Assembly (NCBI GenBank): GCA_036630325.1
Contig: CP142730.1
Location: 558,001-622,000, forward strand
Length of the DNA: 64,000 bases
DNA from: Vairimorpha necatrix
Taxonomy: Eukaryota
Reading direction: 5' to 3'
Part shown: one piece after another, positions 55,949 to 64,000 of the stretch
Layout: the number at the start of each line of letters is the position of its first letter
Numbering within the stretch: position 1 is the stretch's first letter
Position numbers and translations under genes: made by a program
Notes under the pieces: model-generated
What the model was told of the DNA's origin: nothing
Database searches by the model: none
What the model saw: the letters and a program-made list of their open reading frames with translations, nothing else

Positions 55949-58900
55949 TAAGTGCTTAACATAATTGGGGTTTAATATTATTACTGAATATAACATCCTC
56001 CTCCAGACGGTTAGTCTCCTTTAACATACTTTAAATCCCCTACACCCTTAAGATTATAATGCCTTTTTTTCACCAACCTTCCATTCTCTAATCTCACTAT
56101 ATATGAATCCCCTGGACATAGCTCAATCACTCTTCCCATGTCTAAAAATCGACCCTTACTATACTTACTACATCCCTTTAAATTCTCATTCTTGGCAGCC
56201 CTAACTATCTGGTTCCTTTTGAACTTTTCTCTAAACCAACTTTTAAACTGCTGCGCATACTTCCCCTCTGGACTATTCTCCATACTAACATTTCCTGTAT
56301 TATTGGTTAAAGCTTCTACTGGCGTGCACTTAATTCCAGCATGAAAACTTAAATTATATTTCTCAATAGCTTCAACTATCTTGTTCTCGAATTTCTCTTT
56401 TTGGCTCTTTAAAATACTATCTCTTACTTTCTAAAAACACTTTCTACTCTTCCATTACTTCTTTGCGACTCAACGCTGACCTTTCTATGACTAATATTTA
56501 AATTTCTACATAGCTTGGTAACTTTTTCGTTGCAAAACTCTTTACCATTATTTGTAATGATTTTCTCGGGGGTTCTGCCTTGTTTACACAAATCCTTAAT
56601 TAATTCGGCAATTCCATCTGCGTGCTTGCTCTTCAATATTCTCCCCCACAATTTCCTTGTAAAGTAATCAACTGCTAAGACACAAAACCGCTTTCTCTTC
56701 CCTGAATTCTATTAAATCTATGTCAACCTTCTCTAAATATCTTGTTGTGGTCACTAAATCAGTACCGCCAGTTGTTTTTCTATTATAAATCTGACAGGTC
56801 TCGCAGTTCTTAAGTACTTTTTCGATCTGATCTTTAATTCCTGGCCAATAATACTGTTTCCTCAACTCATAATATACCGTAATCTGCTTCTGTGGCTCAA
56901 ATGATATGACAATCCATTAAAATCTCTCTCTGTCTTGTTCCAAAGGCATCTCGCCTTCTCTACCACTATCAAATACCCAGTATTCTTTACCTTCTACTAT
57001 TTTTACGTGCTTATTTCTTTTCCCATCTATTTGTCCATCACGGCGTGTTTCATTTCTCCTTTTCTTTTGTATATACCCTACTTTCCGCATCAGCTACGAC
57101 CATATTTTCTGGAGTTCTATATTCTATCTCGAAATCAAATTCCTGAATCTTCTCTGCCCATATATTAATTCTAGCATTCTTAAAGTCGGGCTAGTTTCTA
57201 ATTTCTCCCAACGCTTTATGATCAGTTTCTATTCTAAATTTCTTACCTCTTAATTCAAATTTAAACTTTTTAACGCCCCCCCCCCCAAAAAAAAAAAAAA
57301 CTGCGTACATTTCTTTTCCCGATATTCCATAATTAATCTCCGCAATGGTAAACTTCTTAGACGCCCACTGTACTGGCACCCATTCTCCTTGATTATTTTT
57401 CTGTAACAGTACTGCGCCCATGCCTACATTACTAGCGTCAGTCCTCAACAAAAATTCTTTATCATAATCTGCTATTTGCAGCTTTCCTAGGCCTTTCAAT
57501 ACTTCTTTTAAATTATTAAACTCGTTTTTCATATCATCCGTCCACGTCCACTTATCATTCTTCCCTTTTAAACTGCCTGTCAACTTAACTGTCAATCCGG
57601 CGTAATTCTTAATAAAAGCTCCGAACCAACCCGTCATTCCTAAAAATCATCTTACATCTGACACGCATGTTGGTATCGAAAACTCTAGGGCTTCATTTTT
57701 CTTTATCTCTGACGGCATTATATCATCTCCATTTAAAGTGACTCCCAATAATTTAACTTCCCGTTGACAAAACTGAACTTTATTTGCATTCAGCTTCATA
57801 TTGTTTTCCTTCAGTCTATTTAATACTGTTTTCGCTATTTGCTCGTGTTCTCCTATCGTTCGGCTGTACAACACAATATCGTCCATATACACCTCTACTC
57901 CTTTGCCTTTCATATCTCTAAAAATCCTATCCATAATTCTCTGCAATATCTACGGGCCATTCTTATATCCCATAACAATAGAGTTCCATTCATAAACCTT
58001 GCCATTAAAATCAAACGCCGTCTTATGTTTATCCACCTCCTCCATCTCTATACTATAGAAAGCTTCTCTAAATCGAAAACTGTCATATGTTTTGCACCTT
58101 GCGTAGCCCTTACAACATCTCTTATGTTAGACAATCTATACTCGTCCTTTTCTACAATATCGTTCAATGCCATAAAATTACTATCCAGTCCTATCTCGCC
58201 ACTTGGCTTTCTGATTGACCTTATAGGATTCCTCCAACTTAAATTTGACTCTCTTATCACTTCCTTTTTAATAAATCTTCTAAATATAACTCTGTATCTT
58301 TTATCAACGCCCGCAGAACCATTTGTTCTTTTTTAGATACCTCACTACCCGCTTCTGTATTAATTTTACATTTTTCCAGTTTAAAATATTTTATCTCCTC
58401 TTTTCCTAGCTTAAAAACCTCTCCGAAACTCTTCGCATACTTATCTAAATTCATCTGATTCTCTTACTCTCCTCTTTAATAGCATATTCTTTTTGATTTT
58501 TCTCAAATTTAACTCTAAGTCCTCTTTTTGATCTTCTAAAATCTCGCTCCTGACTTGACTCTGATTCCCTACCTACTTCAATTTTGCAACTGTTATCCTC
58601 GTTATTCTTTTTATAATAATTATCTCTATTAATCTTCAGTCTGCATTCAAACACCCTATGCCCTTGTCTATCACAATAGAAGCATCTCGGTACTCTCAAT
58701 TTTTGTCTGGGTTGTTCTCTACTAATTTCTTCATTTATAGTCCTAGAAATAAATTCTTTCATTTCCTCATATATCTTCTCTTCCTCCTCTATTTCCTAAA
58801 TTCTCAACAATAGCTTCTTCCTTATTCCTTCAATATTTTCTTCCTTTTTGATATTTCTCACAATAAAATCTTTTAAATCTATCGAAGCCAACTTGAACAG

Positions 58901-59082
58901 CTCACTCTTCCATTTCTCTCTATCCACATCTCTCAAATCCAATTCATACAATATACGCTCTAACTCCTGTAACATCTTTCTGACTACTTGGCCACAAACC
59001 TCTCTAGTGAACTCTTCTTTAGGTATCGCTCCCATATAAGTGCTTAACATAATTGGGTTAAATATAATTACTGAATATAACA
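55949..59082 (-). mobile_element. Second, frameshifted Ty3/gypsy element of a different family
   Basis: Fragments in order: Gag with CFYCDRQGHRVFEC, RT (YMDD), RNase H (LRTDAS...WASKK), integrase (YYWPG..CETCQ, ITNNGKEF, SNGRVE). A ~46 bp direct repeat starting TGTTATATTCAG (minus) lies at 55949-55995 and 59037-59082. A purine tract GGAGGAGGA precedes the 3' repeat. The far end of the 3' LTR is not defined. Confidence 0.9.
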
Positions 59083-59096
59083 TAAAATGATTTTTC

Positions 59097-59936
59097 GGAG
59101 GAAGGATCCGAAACACCCCCCCCTCAGAGGGTGTTCACTTTATTTTTTTGAACCCCCAAAACGAAGTGCAAAATAAAGGAGGAGCAAAGAAGAGACAAAA
59201 ATTACTAAGTACTTATTACATTAAAAATAACAAATAAATATATGCTTGTATACAAAAATTAATTTTAAATGTAGTTCTAATAATCATTTAAAGTGTTGTA
59301 TCTTTTTTGCCCTTCTTATTTTTCTAAATTTTTTTTTAATTACTGGTTTATTATAAAAGTAGATTTTCTTCAAAAATCTACTTTTATAATAAACCAGTAA
59401 TTAAAATTATAAATATTATTTATATAAGAAAATTTAAATAAATGTTCAACGATCTATACAGATTGTTAAATCAAAAAAATTAATTTGAAAGATGCCAAGT
59501 TATTTAGAATTTTGTAGTTTTATGATTATATTCTTTTTTTAAATTAAATTTCGTATACAAATATATAATTATTTGGTATTTTTACTGTTTAAAGATGCAA
59601 GTAATTTGAATGCTAATGATTGCTCCTCCTTTATTTTGCACTTCGTTTTTGGGGTTTAAAATAATAAAGTGAACACCCTCAGAGGAAGGCATTTTGGTCC
59701 CCAATTCTAATAAATCAGAAGGGTAAAAACTGCTTATCAATTGTTATAAATATACAAACTTAAATTAAAATATAATTCTGTACATAAACGTATGTTTATT
59801 TTTTGTTTTTAATGTAATAAGTGCTTAGTAATTTTTGTCTCTTCTTTGCTCCTCCTTTATTTTGCACTTCAATTTTGGGGTTCGAAAAAATAAAGTGAAC
59901 ACCCTCTGAGGGGGGGGTGTTTGGGCATCTTCAGCC
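59097..59936. mobile_element. Non-autonomous Merlin-type MITE, copy A (840 bp)
   Basis: GG...CC termini, ~170 bp TIRs, 8 bp TSD GATTTTTC (59089-59096 and 59937-59944), internal perfect hairpin at 59334-59406. Confidence 0.88.
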
Positions 59937-60337
59937 GATTTTTCTATTTTCATTTTAAATATTCATTGTATTTGATTCTAAATTCACTTTAAATAAGCGA
60001 AAAAATATTTATTAAAATTTTTTTTTTAATTCAAAAAGAAAAATCAACACGCCATCTGATAAATTAAAAAACCTCAATTAATTTTATAAAATATTCAGAA
60101 AAATCAAAAACAAAATAATATTTGACACGAGTACAATTAATTTTAAGATTAGGGAATGAATAATATATGGATGTATAGACGATTTATAAATAAAAAAGGT
60201 GATTTGTCTTTTTGATCATCTCCGAATAGAGAAAAAAAAAATCAAAATTCTATATTAAATTTCAGACATCATTTTAATTTATAAATGCGGAATAATTTAA
60301 TTAATTATTTCAAAATCAAAGAACATAAGGTAAATTA

Positions 60338-61175
60338 GGGTGAAGGATACTTTAGACCCCCCCCCCTTTGAAGCGCTTCAATTTTTTTTTCGAACCCCAA
60401 AATTGAAGTGCAAAAAAAAAGAGGAGCAAGAAAGGGACAAAAATTTCTTATCACTTTAAACATTAAAAATAACAAATAAATATATGCTTTTATACAAAAA
60501 TTAATTTTAGATTTAGTTATAATAATCATTTGAAGTATTGTGTCTTTTTTCGCCCTTCTTATTTTTTCAATTTTTTTTAATTGTTGGTTTATTATTAAAG
60601 TAGATTTTCTTCAAAAATCTACTTTAATAATAAACCAACAATTAAAATTATAAATATTATTTATAAAAGAAAATTTAAATAAATGTTCAACGATCTACAC
60701 ATATTGTTAAATCAAAAAATTTAATTTAAATATGTTAAGTTATAAAGAATTATATAGTTTTATGGTTATAATCTTTTTTTAAATTAAATTTCGTATACAA
60801 ATATATATTTATTTGGTATTTTTACTGTTTGAAGATGCAAGTAATTTGAGTACTAATGATTGCTTCTCCTTTATTTTGCACTTCGTTTTTGGGGTTCAAA
60901 ATTATAAAGTGAACACTCTCAGAGGGGAGCGTTTTTGTCCCCAATTCTAAAAAATCAGAAGGGCAAAATTAGCTTATTGGTTTATATTATTGTAAAAACT
61001 TGTATTAAAATATAATTGTGTACATAAATATATATTTATTTTGTATTTTTAATGTTTAAAGTGATAAGAAATTTTTGTCCCTTTCTTGCTCCTCTTTTTT
61101 TTTGCACTTCAATTTTGGGGTTCGAAAAAAAAATTAAAGCGCTTCAAAGGGGGGGGGTCTAAAGTACCCACCTCC
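60338..61175. mobile_element. Non-autonomous Merlin-type MITE, copy B (838 bp)
   Basis: Colinear with copy A. GG...CC termini, long TIRs, 9 bp TSD GGTAAATTA (60329-60337 and 61176-61184), internal hairpin at 60575-60647. Confidence 0.88.
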
Positions 61176-61362
61176 GGTAAATTATTAGAATATGATTAGT
61201 GATATTATATAAAACGAGATATAAATATCTTATCATTTTAAATTAAAAAAAATTATACCTGTCATCTAGATTACAGACTAATTTTTGTTGTTATATCTCA
61301 AAAAATGGCGCAATATTTTCATTTAATTTTGTTATAAATAAGAATTTTAATGCTACCCCATT

Positions 61363-62880
61363 ATGAATCTCTTAAAAGTTTTTTTTGTGATTATCTTTGG
61401 ATTTGCACAAACCAAAGAACTAAATGAAATAATGAGAGATGAGCTCGTGAAAAAATTTGAAATGGGGAATTATCATTTTTGTGATAAGAGAAAAGATAAT
61501 AATTACATGAATATACATGCAGCTTTTTATAGTGAAAAATATAATATTGAATTTTTTTTGAAAACTCCCCGCGAAAAGAGATGCATTAAAAAGCTAACAA
61601 TTCCGAAAGAAAACAAATCATTTGAAGATATTATTAAGAAAATTGAAGATAACATAAAAACACTATCGAATGATTCGCAGGAGTACACATATCTATTTTA
61701 CTGCGAAGATCGAAAATTTGTAGATTCTATAACTGAAAATTTAGTGGAAAAACTTAAAGAAATAAATGCCTTAAGGAGAATTGATAGGCAGAATACAGAA
61801 ATTTACTATGAAAATATTTTCTATGGCGGAGATATATTGCAAAAAATAATGACAAAAATGAAGACTTTCAAAAACGGATCTATTACAGAACCACAATCTT
61901 CGATATGTTATTATGATGAATTATGGACACATAAAAAAATTGTTTTGCTGATTATCGACATAGAAGATGTTCTATATTTCTTTGAGTTTGCCATCGACGA
62001 GCTGTTTAACAAAGTAGACGTCAAAATTTTTGAAGATTGCAGTAGTGAGGAAAAAATTTTGCAGAAAATTCTTGATATACATAAGTTATCACAAGAAAAA
62101 TTTGATTTGTTTATCAATAATGAATTAGAAGCTGTAGAATTTGATAGTAGTTGCATCTTTAAAAGATTATATGATCAAGTATTTAAAATTTCTATTGAAG
62201 CAGAAAAGGTAATTTTTTACATAGAAAATAAGCGTGAAAACACTTTTCAAATAGAGAATTCTATGCCTAAAAATAAATATAAAGATTACATAAGCAAAAA
62301 TTGCTATATGGAGTTTCAAAGAATATTTTCTAGACTATCTAATACAGATTATATAAGAGAAATTGAGCTATTTTACGATTTATTAAAAAATCATAACAAG
62401 ATGGAATTCTTTATTGGAAGAATTTTGAACAAACCAGGATCATCTTTAAATATGATATTTGCTTGGCATTTGTTTGGAGAGGGATTAACACATCATTTTG
62501 GTTCAGGTTTTACTATTGGAGATGAAGGAGACAGTAGAAGATTCAAATTGACAAAAGAATTAACAGAACTTATAGAGAATAAATATAATGGCATTGATCT
62601 TTATGTAGTAATTATTTGTTTAATATTTGAGGCGGAAATATATATACAAGAAGATGATTTAAGTGACGATAAATTGTGTAAAACATTAACCGAAATTGGT
62701 GAAATAATTGCTGAAAGGGATGCTACAACTGATGGTGGTTCGAGTTCGAGTAGCACTGAAGGAAATATAGATTTATTCGAAATTCTCGAGGAAATGGTAA
62801 TTTTGTACGATGATGCTTTAGAAATATACAATGAAAATATTCCGGAAAAAGTCAACAGTATAGCACATTTTTTTTACTGA
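61363..62880 (+). CDS. Signal-peptide protein of unknown function (likely lineage-specific secreted family); may extend to 63055 across a frameshift
   Basis: Signal-like N terminus MNLLKVFFVIIFGFAQ, CCCC before the ATG, 505 aa ORF. An open +1 frame continues after a T8 run. Confidence 0.8.
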   Translation: MNLLKVFFVIIFGFAQTKELNEIMRDELVKKFEMGNYHFCDKRKDNNYMNIHAAFYSEKYNIEFFLKTPREKRCIKKLTIPKENKSFEDIIKKIEDNIKTLSNDSQEYTYLFYCEDRKFVDSITENLVEKLKEINALRRIDRQNTEIYYENIFYGGDILQKIMTKMKTFKNGSITEPQSSICYYDELWTHKKIVLLIIDIEDVLYFFEFAIDELFNKVDVKIFEDCSSEEKILQKILDIHKLSQEKFDLFINNELEAVEFDSSCIFKRLYDQVFKISIEAEKVIFYIENKRENTFQIENSMPKNKYKDYISKNCYMEFQRIFSRLSNTDYIREIELFYDLLKNHNKMEFFIGRILNKPGSSLNMIFAWHLFGEGLTHHFGSGFTIGDEGDSRRFKLTKELTELIENKYNGIDLYVVIICLIFEAEIYIQEDDLSDDKLCKTLTEIGEIIAERDATTDGGSSSSSTEGNIDLFEILEEMVILYDDALEIYNENIPEKVNSIAHFFY

Positions 62881-64000
62881 TTTGAGCTCTATAAGTATCT
62901 ATGAATATAAGGTGGAAGAACTTATCGAAAAAAAGAAAATTAAAAAGGAAACAGCTGTACAAGAATTTGATCTCAATGCAAGTGAGCTAGAAAAAAATAT
63001 GGGAGAGTTTTTTAAAAAATTAAAAGAAAAAAGCCGAGAATTCAGAAGTCTATAGTGGAAGTAACAACATTGTAGTTCAAATACACTAGAACATTTATGG
63101 ATAAATAATTGATAGTATAAATTTTGAATCCAATAGTAAAATCTTAGATTTATTTAATTTGAGAAAAAAAAATTGTCAAAAATAAAAATATCTATAATAA
63201 ATAATGACAAAACCCATTTAATATGGCGTTTAAATAGAGATGAATTATTTGCCAAAATTAAACAAAATTCTTTGACTAGCATGAATAATCGTAAAACCCC
63301 CTTTTCTTAACTACAGTAAATCGTTAAATATAGTTTAAGAATGCTAGACTAATATACTTATAAAATATGATCCAATAACAAGCAGCTGTTGGGAAAACTT
63401 TAATGTATATTAGCGAATAATTTACAGTTATATAATGTTGTATACGAACAAACAATAAAAATTTCTTTATTTTATCTTTACTTAAATATATTTATGTAGT
63501 AAATCTCACAAAATAAAGTGCTGATTCTTATTTAGACAGTATGTTTTCGACCATGAAATTCAGCACCAAAAGTCTATAGTTTCTGTTTTTGCTATTAGTT
63601 TCAATTTTAGCATCATTATCTATTACACGCTTTTTTTTAAGTACCTTACAAGTTTTTTTCTTTTTCATCTCTCTAGCATTTTACTTAACATGTAATTGTC
63701 GTCGTTCCTTGGAGATTAACTTTTATATCTTCTCAAAAAAATGTTGATGAGTGTATGCTCCAAGATATACTTTGAGTCTTGGCCTTTTAATGTATTAATG
63801 TTATGTTATAAAATTTATGATTGAATTTTTAGTAGACGATATTATTTTATTATCAATAAATATTAATATAGTGAATTTTACAGGAACCAAAAGCAAATTA
63901 TATTAAGCGCTCTTTATACCCTATCTTATAGAGAAGCATTAATTGAACGACCAAGTAATCGATGCAAAAATGATAAACGTTAGCAAAAAAATTGACTAAT

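Overview
This is very AT-rich eukaryotic DNA with compact, apparently intronless, divergent housekeeping genes. Many start codons have a CCC-like motif just upstream. Together this points to a microsporidian, probably Nosema/Vairimorpha-like (inference). Genes: PGK, exopolyphosphatase, a WBP2-like GRAM protein, MRT4, UDP-glucose pyrophosphorylase, a polysaccharide-deacetylase-like protein, TRRAP/Tra1, TAF7, a TAF3/TAF8-type histone-fold protein, synaptobrevin, BRF1, an Sds22-like LRR protein, an RPEL protein, an exportin-like protein and several secreted or membrane unknowns. The intergenic DNA is dominated by mobile elements. (1) Six copies of a ~0.78 kb non-coding element with a tRNA-like head, a heavily base-paired body, an A-rich tail and, in two copies, target-site duplications. 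It looks like a tRNA-derived SINE carrying a large structured RNA, and its stems and motif islands persist in a very diverged copy; this is the main highlight. (2) A three-unit head-to-tail non-autonomous Helitron array. (3) An intact, recent Ty3/gypsy element nested inside a Merlin transposon relic, plus a second decayed gypsy element. (4) Two Merlin-type MITEs whose inverted arms have evolved in concert. (5) A 1.9 kb tandem duplication in which the loop of a long palindrome is flipped between the copies. All alignments and folds were made by eye; nothing was computed or searched.
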